From: an uncultured Candidatus Saccharibacteria bacterium
Lineage (GTDB): Bacteria; Patescibacteriota; Minisyncoccia; Phycocordibacterales; UBA9973
Direction of reading: 5' to 3'
Length of the DNA: 64,000 bases
Assembly: GCA_964384645.1 (NCBI GenBank)
Contig: CAYLKL010000003.1
Location: forward strand, 9,101-73,100
A program made the position numbers and the translations under genes. Below are positions 46,401 through 54,689 of the stretch, in pieces. The notes beneath the pieces were generated by a model that was given only the letters and a program-made list of their open reading frames with translations, was not told the DNA's origin and ran no database searches. Positions within the stretch are counted from its first letter, which is position 1. Each line of letters starts with the position of its first letter.

Positions 46401-48618
46401 AAACCAAACGTGTTGTATCTCCACGCATCATTTTTCCATTTTTAAGAATATCTTCGTAATAACTTGTTACACCTTGTGCATATGAAGGAGTTGATGCTTG
46501 CCATACATAGTTTTCAGGATAAAGGTTGTCTGCAATGTTTGGTTCTATATTGAAAACACCTGGATAGAAAAATTCAGCACCTGTTGCAGCTAAAACTTTT
46601 GTAAAACCAAGCATTTGAGCTGGTCGAACATTGTTTCTTTCAACTCTATCCCAACCAGCAGATATAAATGGAGAATATAGATTATCTCCAGCTGCTAATT
46701 CCCCGTTTCTACTATTTACAACCCACTGCCATCCGTGCCAAGCACTACTCCAATATTTCCAGTTCCATGGATATCGAATATAAAAATCAGGAGTAGAGTA
46801 ATACATACCATTTATTGGATCATTTACTTTTCTTGCTTCTTCCCATTTAAATTCATATATATGTTCACCTTCAATAGCGTACTCTGTGAAAGTTGAATTT
46901 GAAACAGCTTGAATACTTTTTATTTTATCAACATAAGCTCTTTCGTTTGTATAAAATTGTCTAGCTACATAAGTATACGCATCAAGTCCAGATGCATTTT
47001 TTGCAGCCAAAACAGCTGGGTCATTATTAACTATATTTGTTGTACTTTCTGCTGTATACGGAGGGAAAACTTCACCGTTATCATTAATGATATCGATCGC
47101 ACGTGTTGGATATTGAGCAACTCTATTTGGTATAGAATTTAAAACAGTTTGAATGTGCGACTTTGCAGCTTCTCCGTCTGGAGCGTAACTTGAAAGATAA
47201 GTTGAGACAGGCCTCCATCTTTTATCGGTTGTTACATTTCCATTAGGGTCCAAAAATTGCCCTGATGAATTTTGTAAATAATGAGTACTTGGTAAATTTT
47301 GAGAAGAGATACAAGATCTTGTACAAGCTGAAGTATAAAGTTGAGCTCTAAAAGATGTTGCGGCTATAGGAATAAAATTTGCACCAGGTGTAATGTATTG
47401 CTGTTCATTTGCCAAAGATTGATCTGCCGCAGAAAAACCATTTGAACTTCCTGTGTTATTCGTAACTTGAATATGGTAGTTCCATTTTGTAGCAAGTTGT
47501 CTGTTTATGTCCTTTGACTTTGCGTGGTTTGTTGTAGTGTTCCCAACTGAAGTACCTGAAATACTTGATGAAGCTAAGTTTGAAAGATAATCATATGCCA
47601 ACCAGTTACCGACATTCCTTATTAAGGTATTTGAAGATTTATAACGAGGCAAAGGATAAGTTTCAAGCTGATCAATAACAGAAACATTTACTCCTGGTGT
47701 TTGTCCTGATGAAGAAGAAAGATTTGTTCCTGCCATAAAATCAAGAGGGTTGTAAACTCCAGCAACTGAATCAGCTGATGGAACATTTGTGATTGCTGTT
47801 GTAGTTGAATAGCTAAGGCCTGCACTTGCATTATTGTGGTGTTCTAAAATTAAGTTTGGTGGCAAAGATTTGTCATACAGCGCAATTTGATCTAGCGAAC
47901 AATTACATTGAGTGTACTCTGCTGAATTAAGGCTCGAGAATTTTACAGCACCTGTTGTAGATACTGCTGTGTTAAACGAATACCCAGCTGGAAGTTGTCC
48001 GTCAATCCAAAATTGTACTTTTTGTGAAGAAGAAGTTGGGTCATATTGAATAACAAAATGGTGCCAATTTCCATCAGCAATATATGCTAAAGATTTTCTA
48101 CCAGCCTCATCTAGGTTGATATAAGAATCAACGCCATTAAGTACAAGTTTCCACCTAGCCATACTACCGTTTGGATTTCCTCCAACTGGTGTCTGGAACT
48201 CAAGCTTAAAATTAGAACCAAATGAGAAAATTGTTCCAGCTTCAAAAGTTTTTGAAGGCTTAAACAAAAATTCAACAGCCCAACCACTCGCAGAAGGAGT
48301 TATGTTGCCTGCTGTATTACCAGACCCAGATAGATCTATGTAATTTCCAACCTTTCCGCCTGTTTTTGGTGTCCAAGTAGAAGTTTCTGTTCCTCCGAAT
48401 TGCTGAGATCCAATAGTTGGAGTTTTTTGACCAGCAGTAGTTGTGTCAGAGAACTGCCAATAACTTACTGGAGTGATTGGACTTGTGACAGCTGTATAAG
48501 TGGCAGCCTTTTGGCTATTGCTTAATATTTGCGGATCAATAGGAGAAATTACCTTTGAAAACAAAAAAACCGCAATCACAAAGAATGATAATAATAATGC
48601 CTTATTTATTTTTTTCAT
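43441..48618 (-). CDS. large surface protein: LamG/ConA-like domain, central domain, multiple Ig-like domains, FN3, CARDB-like domain
   Basis: Paralogue of 39823-43362; repeated DT-x-APTVS-x-T-x-P..A-x-D-x-x-GN modules; PDVLVTDIVWSP..TVKNQG..VDD..EVNEANN (CARDB). Confidence 0.82.
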   Translation of the reverse strand: MKKINKALLLSFFVIAVFLFSKVISPIDPQILSNSQKAATYTAVTSPITPVSYWQFSDTTTAGQKTPTIGSQQFGGTETSTWTPKTGGKVGNYIDLSGSGNTAGNITPSASGWAVEFLFKPSKTFEAGTIFSFGSNFKLEFQTPVGGNPNGSMARWKLVLNGVDSYINLDEAGRKSLAYIADGNWHHFVIQYDPTSSSQKVQFWIDGQLPAGYSFNTAVSTTGAVKFSSLNSAEYTQCNCSLDQIALYDKSLPPNLILEHHNNASAGLSYSTTTAITNVPSADSVAGVYNPLDFMAGTNLSSSSGQTPGVNVSVIDQLETYPLPRYKSSNTLIRNVGNWLAYDYLSNLASSSISGTSVGNTTTNHAKSKDINRQLATKWNYHIQVTNNTGSSNGFSAADQSLANEQQYITPGANFIPIAATSFRAQLYTSACTRSCISSQNLPSTHYLQNSSGQFLDPNGNVTTDKRWRPVSTYLSSYAPDGEAAKSHIQTVLNSIPNRVAQYPTRAIDIINDNGEVFPPYTAESTTNIVNNDPAVLAAKNASGLDAYTYVARQFYTNERAYVDKIKSIQAVSNSTFTEYAIEGEHIYEFKWEEARKVNDPINGMYYSTPDFYIRYPWNWKYWSSAWHGWQWVVNSRNGELAAGDNLYSPFISAGWDRVERNNVRPAQMLGFTKVLAATGAEFFYPGVFNIEPNIADNLYPENYVWQASTPSYAQGVTSYYEDILKNGKMMRGDTTRLVYPPDSNPGFRFYTGNPGQLVVARKQNSANRFVITGMENPWSNYQGNAAEESLADISFGGDTYPATTVTPTENLKFKVRRQGSTYIYDKTGASPVFYQLDAWHESSHPWYWSKDFSFEAEVYDTGSASRTTTTPAGTPAGDYTNFTTYINPSTGSTTYKFEPRDATGSIPKTYYLWYFAKSATGTSTATVKVDSGTAQTISSNSTTFGWCNKNQAGTPIVFSSVTPNTAHTFTFTGLSANFQLDKFILTENANLNLGSCGGTTPTDTIAPTVSVTAPTTGATISTGPATLSANATDASGIASVEFKVDGVSVGIDTTLPYSVSWSLTGVTNGSHQITATATDTVGNTANSSVSITVSLPDTVAPTTPTTLSVTRQSNSAVLSWGGSTDSGSGLEGYYIYRDGSTTAINTSAVTNLGYTDTPSANASHTYIVKSKDSSGNFSSASNQVSINIDTAGPSTTVTSPVSGATLSGTVTMTASATDTTGINHIEFYRGTVLICTATATGQTSGTFSCSWNTTGVANGSYQITAKAYDKVTVPGSNSTTTTAFGVTVNNVTTPPADTTAPTVSVTAPTPSATVSGLVTVSANASDNVGVTTVQFFTDSSTSPFATDTSAPYSVTLDSSTLSNGTHTVKAKAFDAAGNNATSANVSVTVSNATGQPDVLVTDIVWSPVSPSVGANVSFTATVKNQGTVGTPEGMVVGVMFMMDGVALGCSDAQTTSIGAGKTVNLGMGTGSAYCSNQSADTGIFTAWNATGGSHNITAVVDDINRFAEVNEANNTTSETITVGTDTSAPTVSITSPANGVVVTGGSNTTITANASDASGIQNVKIYIDGNQYGSTLTTSPYSISWNTTGFTSGSHTITAIATDNAGNSSTSSAVSVSISTTVADTTAPTVSITSPANNANVSNTSPVTFIATVTDNVSVKQVKFFLGATSTTPKCTLTSATTPPSSYSCSFTVPSVLWGFGTSTINVQAVDVAGNTTTKNIKVK
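45625..46171. repeat. 547-bp direct repeat, copy 2
   Basis: Matches 40405-40951 except for one base. Confidence 0.95.
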
Positions 48619-48720
48619 AATAGAAACTTATTTTTTAATAATAATTAATAAACACCAAAAACAAATGCCACCCTAATTTATTTATATTATATATGTTTTT
48701 TGGTTAAATTTTCAGACAAA

Positions 48721-48729
48721 TGTGGATAA
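48721..48729 (-). promoter_or_regulatory. DnaA-box (TTATCCACA) 29 nt upstream of a TATAAT
   Basis: Perfect consensus 9-mer; the same spacing recurs at 54679-54687 and 57489-57497. Confidence 0.45.
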
Positions 48730-48730
48730 T

Positions 48731-50407
48731 TTAATGTATATCAAGTATTCTAATTCTAATTTTTTCATAACCTCCAAAAAAACTTTTTTCCACCAATCCA
48801 ACCATAGTAATGAAATCACCTTTTTTCATATCTATTTTGTAATCTTCAGGTTTTTTAAAAAAGGCAATGGCTTTAATTGCTTGCCCGTTAATACTAATCT
48901 CAAGCTCTGTATGGTTTTTTTCTTTACCAAAAGTCTTTACACCCAAAATAAGAGCATCTTTTAGTTCAAAAACAGGCTTTGGATTACCCATCCCAAAAGG
49001 GGCGAACTTTTCCATACTCGAAACACCGTTTCTATTAACAAAAAAACTGTCGAATTCTATAAAATTTTCATTTTCTTCATTATTCTGACTACTTGAACTT
49101 AAAAAAGCCTTCTCAAGTAACGCTGGCAGGTTATGTATTTCACCATCTTTAACAGAAAATCCACCTGCTTTTTTGTGGCCACCTATATCTATAAAGGAAT
49201 CTACTGTATTTTTCATTATTTCAACTACGTCAGCATTTCCAAAAGACCTACAAGACCCCTTAATAACCTCTTTTTCTCCATGAGTCCTACCCCAAACAAA
49301 TGTAGTCTTTTTATATTCTTCACATAACTTACTGGCCAAAAGACCTAAAAGCCCAGGACTCCATGTCGGACTACCGACACAAATGACATTTTCGAAACCT
49401 CTAGTTTTTATGCTTTTATTGGCTTCTTTCATCATAGTTGCGACGATTATCTTTCTTTTGTCAGAAAGTTTTGCTAAATCCTCAGACAAAATATCTGCTG
49501 AATCTTTATCTTCCGCACTTAAAAGCTGATATGCCTTGTAAGCCTCATCCATTCGGGAAGCCGCATTTATCTTTGGGGCAATTGAGAAATTTATATCGTC
49601 TTCTGTGATATTTCTAATATTTATCTTTGATCTATCCGCCAAGGCTTTGAGTCCGAGACGTTTTCCTTTTCTCATAACCATAAGGCCGTATTTTGCCAAA
49701 ACCCTATTTTCATCAATTAAAGGAACTTGGTCAGCAATAGTAGAAAGTGCCACCAAATCAAGTAACCATTTTTCTTTACCGCGTGGATATTTAAAATACT
49801 CATGGTATTTATCCAAAAAACCTAATATAACTTTGTAGGTTATACCTGTTCCACAAAGTTCTCGGAATGGATATTTAGAATCTTTTAACTTTGGGTTTAT
49901 TAGGGCGAAAGGCTTTGGTAAAACATCCGGCGCTTCGTGATGATCAATAACAATAACGTTTACTCCATTTGCTTCAGCAAAATCAATCGCCTCTCTAGCC
50001 GTCGTCCCTAAATCTATAGTTATCAGCAAGGTTGTTTTTAAATCTATGATTTTCTCAAGAATCCCTTGGTGTAGTCCGTAACCTAAAGTATTTCGATCAG
50101 GTATGTAAACTTCTAAATGTCTAACACCTAAACTTCTTAAAAATTCAGAAAGTATTGTTGCCCCAGGTATTCCATCACAATCATAATCTGAATATATAGC
50201 TATTTTCTCACCCGCCGTAATGGCACTAAAAATTCTCTCAATCGCTTTTTCGAGATCTGGTAACAGTTTAGGATCATGCAAATCCCTTATATAATCAGGA
50301 TTTAAAAACTTTTCTTTTTCAATTTCTGTTTTAATACCTATTTTTTCAAATAGTTTGTCGAAAACATTTTCCATCTTGGATTCATTAGGGGTCTTTTGCG
50401 TAAGCAT
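48731..50407 (-). CDS. recJ: single-stranded DNA exonuclease RecJ
   Basis: YSDYDCDG, ITIDLG, IDHH, TIADQVPL..ENR, APKINAASR, GSCRS, GGHKKAGG, APFGMGNPKP. Confidence 0.95.
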   Translation of the reverse strand: MLTQKTPNESKMENVFDKLFEKIGIKTEIEKEKFLNPDYIRDLHDPKLLPDLEKAIERIFSAITAGEKIAIYSDYDCDGIPGATILSEFLRSLGVRHLEVYIPDRNTLGYGLHQGILEKIIDLKTTLLITIDLGTTAREAIDFAEANGVNVIVIDHHEAPDVLPKPFALINPKLKDSKYPFRELCGTGITYKVILGFLDKYHEYFKYPRGKEKWLLDLVALSTIADQVPLIDENRVLAKYGLMVMRKGKRLGLKALADRSKINIRNITEDDINFSIAPKINAASRMDEAYKAYQLLSAEDKDSADILSEDLAKLSDKRKIIVATMMKEANKSIKTRGFENVICVGSPTWSPGLLGLLASKLCEEYKKTTFVWGRTHGEKEVIKGSCRSFGNADVVEIMKNTVDSFIDIGGHKKAGGFSVKDGEIHNLPALLEKAFLSSSSQNNEENENFIEFDSFFVNRNGVSSMEKFAPFGMGNPKPVFELKDALILGVKTFGKEKNHTELEISINGQAIKAIAFFKKPEDYKIDMKKGDFITMVGLVEKSFFGGYEKIRIRILDIH

Positions 50408-50430
50408 GGTCAAAATTGTATCATGGAAAC

Positions 50431-50826
50431 ATGAATGACTGTATTTTTTGCAAAATAATCAAAGGAGAAATTCCAAGCTATAAAATTTATGAAGATGAAT
50501 CTTTTATTTCGTTCTTAGATATCAATCCAGTTTCTAAAGGACACGCCCTTATAATTCCTAAAAGTCACATTGAATGGATGCACGAGGCGGATGATAGTTT
50601 GATAAAAGAGATATTTGTATTAACTAAAAAAATGATGTTAAACATAAAGGAAAAGCTTCCGTGTGATTATGTGCAAATTGGTGTAGTCGGCAAAGATGTT
50701 CCACATTTTCATGTTCATCTAATACCTAGATCTTTAGAAGAGGCTGTTACTCAAACAACGAGACCACATGCTCCATACATGTCTCAGGAAGAAATAGATG
50801 AAATAGTAAATAAAATAAAAATGTAA
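50431..50826 (+). CDS. HIT family nucleotide hydrolase
   Basis: DCIFCKII..FLDINP..GHALIIPK..VPHFHVHLIPR. Confidence 0.93.
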   Translation: MNDCIFCKIIKGEIPSYKIYEDESFISFLDINPVSKGHALIIPKSHIEWMHEADDSLIKEIFVLTKKMMLNIKEKLPCDYVQIGVVGKDVPHFHVHLIPRSLEEAVTQTTRPHAPYMSQEEIDEIVNKIKM

Positions 50827-50829
50827 AAG

Positions 50830-50859
50830 AAAAAAAGCGACCTTGTGAGGTCGCTTTTT
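50830..50859. terminator. bidirectional terminator
   Basis: GCGACCT/AGGTCGC stem with A7 and T5. Confidence 0.8.
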
Positions 50860-50878
50860 GTTAAGTCACAGCAGAGCT

Positions 50879-51013
50879 TTATTTTACCCAGGCAAAGTAT
50901 TTACCTGTTTCAGCTTTACTTTTAAAAGATACTCCTGTAAGTCCGAGGAAGAGGATAAGCACGAAGCCGATTACATAAACATTCTTGTTTGCTCTTTGAC
51001 GGATAATTTCCAT
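50879..51013 (-). CDS. candidate 44-aa single-TM micro-protein MEIIRQRANKNVYVIGFVLILFLGLTGVSFKSKAETGKYFAWVK
   Basis: Own translation; consensus promoter upstream, TAAAAAC-9nt-ATG, terminator downstream. Confidence 0.6.
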   Translation of the reverse strand: MEIIRQRANKNVYVIGFVLILFLGLTGVSFKSKAETGKYFAWVK

Positions 51014-51056
51014 GTTTTTTTAGTTTTTAATTGGTTTAATTATTTAACTTTCTTTA

Positions 51057-51084
51057 ATTATACCATACATAGAGTTATTGTCAA
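51057..51084 (-). promoter_or_regulatory. consensus sigma70 promoter of the 44-aa ORF
   Basis: TTGACA-16 nt (ending TGG)-TATAAT. Confidence 0.75.
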
Positions 51085-51115
51085 GTCTCATTTACGGACA
51101 CTTATATAGACGAAT

Positions 51116-52243
51116 TTATGCCTTTTTTATTACAGCTTCTATTCCGACGAGAGTACTAAAGGCCAAAAAATCAAGTGTGGCACCCCCGCCAGTCGAAACA
51201 AACCTATATTTTTCAAGTTTATTTTCCTTTTCAAGGATAGCAAGCGTGTCTCCACCACCCAAATAAACATCCCCCGACACATCTGCCAAAAATGAAAGTA
51301 AATCATTCGTTGTTTTATCGAAACCGTTCTCGTAATTGCCTAGAGGTCCGTTCCAAAGTATCGTTTTTGAAACTCGAGCAAGGTCAAAAATCTGTTCCAT
51401 GCTTTTGTGCCCGACATCTACAATATTTTCATCTTCTGTTACTTCATTTAAAAGTCTTTCTCTTGTGCCGTTTGGTCCAGTCACAACTACGTCTACTGGA
51501 AGATGTAAATTTTCTCTTCCCAAAAAAGGCTGAGCGAGCTCTGGATTATCAGCCAAAGATATTCCTGTTTCAAAACCTTGTGCTTCAAAAAAGGAATTCG
51601 CTAAAGCACCGGCCACGTAAACATTGTCTGCTCGATCTAAAAAATTTTTCAGTAACGGAACTTTAGTGCTAATTTTTGCGCCACCTGAAATAAACAAAAA
51701 GGGGTGTTCTGGATTTTCAATAATTTTATTTAAATTCTCTATTTCGTTCCACATACCAAAACCAAAATAAGATGGTAAATATTTTGGAAGACCCACTACT
51801 GAAGCATGTGCTCGGTGTGAAACTGAAAAAGCATCATTTACATAGAAATCTGCTAGGCTGGCGAGATCTTTTGCAAAAGTTTCATCATTTGATTCTTCCA
51901 TTTTGTTTCGCCGAATATTTTCAACTAAAACAATTTCATTTTCAACTATACATTTCTTTATACTTTCGACTTCTGGCTTGTCACAGAAAGATGCTGTTAT
52001 ATTTTTTTGTTTTAACAAATCTATAAAAGGCAGTAGTGAGTCCTCTGTCTTACCTCGATGGCTTAAAATTATTATTTTGCATCCTTTTTCTTTTAGAAAT
52101 TCTATTGTTTTAATACTTTGTAAAAATCTCTGACTATTTATCATCGGAGCCCCTGGGACATTGTAATCAACTCGCAAAAGAACAATGTCGCCACGATGAC
52201 ACTGAAGATTTTCTATATTATGTTGATTTATTTTATCCTGCAT
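51116..52243 (-). CDS. pgk: phosphoglycerate kinase
   Basis: LRVDYNVP, SHRG, YVNDAFSVSHRAHAS, GGAKISTK, WNGPLG, GGGDT, STGGGATL. Confidence 0.96.
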   Translation of the reverse strand: MQDKINQHNIENLQCHRGDIVLLRVDYNVPGAPMINSQRFLQSIKTIEFLKEKGCKIIILSHRGKTEDSLLPFIDLLKQKNITASFCDKPEVESIKKCIVENEIVLVENIRRNKMEESNDETFAKDLASLADFYVNDAFSVSHRAHASVVGLPKYLPSYFGFGMWNEIENLNKIIENPEHPFLFISGGAKISTKVPLLKNFLDRADNVYVAGALANSFFEAQGFETGISLADNPELAQPFLGRENLHLPVDVVVTGPNGTRERLLNEVTEDENIVDVGHKSMEQIFDLARVSKTILWNGPLGNYENGFDKTTNDLLSFLADVSGDVYLGGGDTLAILEKENKLEKYRFVSTGGGATLDFLAFSTLVGIEAVIKKA

Positions 52244-52979
52244 AAGCGATAATTTTTAAGAATTTTTTTGTATCCAAACTAGCTCTACCCACCAAAACAC
52301 CGTCTATTTCTTTTGCTTCTACAAAATTTTTAGCATTTACTTCGTCCACCGATCCGCCGTACAAAACCTTTGAAACTTTTTCTGACTCAAAAACTTCTTT
52401 AATTGTTTTTTTAATAAACAAAGACATCTCACGAGCTTCGTCGAGCGTTGCCTCTCGGACGGCTTCACTTCCAATTGCCCAAATAGGCTCATACGCAACA
52501 ATGACTTTGCTTACTTTGTTTGCTGGAACCAAAGACAAATCTATACTTAACTGATTTTTAATAAATTTAAAAAATTCTCCAGTATTATCTCTTTTTGATT
52601 CACCGACGCACAATATAGGAGTAATTCCTTCAGACAAAAGACTTTCTATTTTTCTAGCAATCAATTCGTCTGACTCTCCTCTTTTTCTTGATTCAGAATG
52701 CCCAACAATTCCATACTTAGCGCCTAGAGTTTTTAAATGTTTCGGTGAAAGTGTGCCAGTGAAAGACCCAGAAGAATCAAGACCATTATCCTGTGAACCC
52801 GTTACCAAGCTCCCTTTAAGTCCATAAAACAAGGATTGAAACAAAGGTGGTGGAAAAATAATTACTTCAGAATTTTTAAATTTTCTTAGATTTTTATTTA
52901 AATCAGTAAAAAGTTTCTTCGCGGTTTTGGGGTCATTTGGATTTGTTTTCCAATTTCCGGCAATTATTTTTTTTATCAT
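52233..52979 (-). CDS. tpiA: triosephosphate isomerase
   Basis: AGNWK, VGHSESR, CVGE, AYEPIWAIG, LYGGSV, DGVLVGRASL. Confidence 0.97.
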   Translation of the reverse strand: MIKKIIAGNWKTNPNDPKTAKKLFTDLNKNLRKFKNSEVIIFPPPLFQSLFYGLKGSLVTGSQDNGLDSSGSFTGTLSPKHLKTLGAKYGIVGHSESRKRGESDELIARKIESLLSEGITPILCVGESKRDNTGEFFKFIKNQLSIDLSLVPANKVSKVIVAYEPIWAIGSEAVREATLDEAREMSLFIKKTIKEVFESEKVSKVLYGGSVDEVNAKNFVEAKEIDGVLVGRASLDTKKFLKIIAYAG

Positions 52980-53108
52980 TACCTAATTTTACCTTAACTT
53001 TCAAATTCTTTCCATTTAGTTAACATTGCATATTTTAAGTATTGCTAAAAAAATAATTTGTTGAGCTAAGCTCCTTAATAAAAGACTGTAAACTGTTTTA
53101 ATGGGAAT

Positions 53109-53135
53109 AAAAAAATCCGACAAAGTCGGATTTTT
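53109..53135 (-). terminator. intrinsic terminator after 53150-54634
   Basis: ATCCGAC/GTCGGAT stem with T-run. Confidence 0.7.
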
Positions 53136-53149
53136 AAAATTATTATTTA

Positions 53150-54634
53150 TTATGGTGTTTCTTGCCAGCTAAATATAACGATACCGTTTCCCCCTTTACA
53201 TCCACTTCCTAGATTTGGAAGAAATGGATTAACTGCACCTGCACCACCACCACCCGAACTAATTCCTCCGCTTGTACAGCTTATCGAGCCCACACCTCCT
53301 TTTCCGGCATCCCTACTACCATCGTCGTTAAAGCTAGAAGCATTACCCCCAAGACCACCATTACCACTAGTACTACCAGAATGGACAACAGATCCATAAC
53401 TTAGCAGATCACCTGTTGATGTGTCTATCAAATAAGGCCACGCTGTGTACTTACCACTAGCTCCAGCTACTCCATTTTGAACATTTGCCCCTACTGTAAA
53501 AGACCCTCCTGTTCCACCAGCACCAGTTCCCGTTGAAGAAGATGGTGTATGTGGATTTACTATTATTTTTCCACCTAGTCCACCTTTTCCACCTTCAGCT
53601 TGAGCTACAACTGTAGATTGAGGTAAGGGACCTATAACCTTAGACTCTCCTCCGTTTTGTCCATCAGAAGCACCGTAACCAGATGGTGGACTATTAAAGT
53701 TTAAAATACTTGATACCCAACCACTAGGTGAGCCATAGAAAGAACCACTAACACCGTATCCTTTTTTAGTACCAGCACTACCGCCTGCACCAACTTGAAC
53801 ACTGTATTGCAAAGAAAGCTGTGTACCGATGCTATTAAATTCAGAGTAAGCTCCTCCACCACCACCTCCACCACCAGAGTTTATTTGACATTTTGCAGCT
53901 TGAGGTCCGGCATCATTAATAGTTCCAGGAGCACCCGATGTTCCAGAACAACCAGTAGAAAGATTATTTCCTTGACTAAATTGATAAGCGAGACCTCCCC
54001 CACCTCCTCCACCAGCACCGTTTATACTTACCCTAAGACTTCCCGCTACATATTTTACTGGTGTAATAAATATATTATTACTACAAGAACCTAACGGAGA
54101 ACTACAATCACCACTTGAGATTTGTGATCCAGAAGAATTAATAGAGTAAGTTTGATATTTAGTTGTGTTAACTACATTGCTTTCACTATTATCAGAAGAA
54201 CTTGTACAGCCCGGATCATTTGGATAGTCGACTAGTCCGTCACTATCATTATCCACGCCATCACTACACTCTGAAGTAGAAGTTGTTACCCCACAAAGAT
54301 AAAGTGTTCCGTTTGACTGAGCACAAACATGAGTATCGCCTGAATTTGTGTGTTGCAAGGTTGCAACCTTAAGTGTTCCAGTTCCAGGATCAGTAGTGTA
54401 ATCACCAACTGTTGTATCTCCAACCAAAAGTGATCCTCCAAAAACAGCAAGAGAATTTAACCCAAGTCCAGAATTTTTTATTTGGTTTGTTGTTCCAACA
54501 TTTACTGGACCCTGAGCATTATTACCAGGAGGCGGACCAGCTGGCGCAACCCAACTACCGGCATAAGAAATACCCGCTGACAATACTAGACCTATAACTA
54601 TTATTTTTAATCCATTTATAACTTGCTGTTTCAT
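53150..54634 (-). CDS. secreted Gly-rich CPR surface/fibre protein
   Basis: Signal peptide; W-x-x-P-x-x-x-PP-x-x-N-x-x-x-PVNVG module; CSDGVDNDSDGLVDYPNDPGC acidic Cys repeat; GAGGGG..GGNGIVIFSW Gly-rich domain. Confidence 0.7.
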   Translation of the reverse strand: MKQQVINGLKIIVIGLVLSAGISYAGSWVAPAGPPPGNNAQGPVNVGTTNQIKNSGLGLNSLAVFGGSLLVGDTTVGDYTTDPGTGTLKVATLQHTNSGDTHVCAQSNGTLYLCGVTTSTSECSDGVDNDSDGLVDYPNDPGCTSSSDNSESNVVNTTKYQTYSINSSGSQISSGDCSSPLGSCSNNIFITPVKYVAGSLRVSINGAGGGGGGGLAYQFSQGNNLSTGCSGTSGAPGTINDAGPQAAKCQINSGGGGGGGGAYSEFNSIGTQLSLQYSVQVGAGGSAGTKKGYGVSGSFYGSPSGWVSSILNFNSPPSGYGASDGQNGGESKVIGPLPQSTVVAQAEGGKGGLGGKIIVNPHTPSSSTGTGAGGTGGSFTVGANVQNGVAGASGKYTAWPYLIDTSTGDLLSYGSVVHSGSTSGNGGLGGNASSFNDDGSRDAGKGGVGSISCTSGGISSGGGGAGAVNPFLPNLGSGCKGGNGIVIFSWQETP

Positions 54635-54689
54635 ATGTTTATAATTTTACCACGCTAATAATAATTTTTATTAATAATTGTTTATAATT

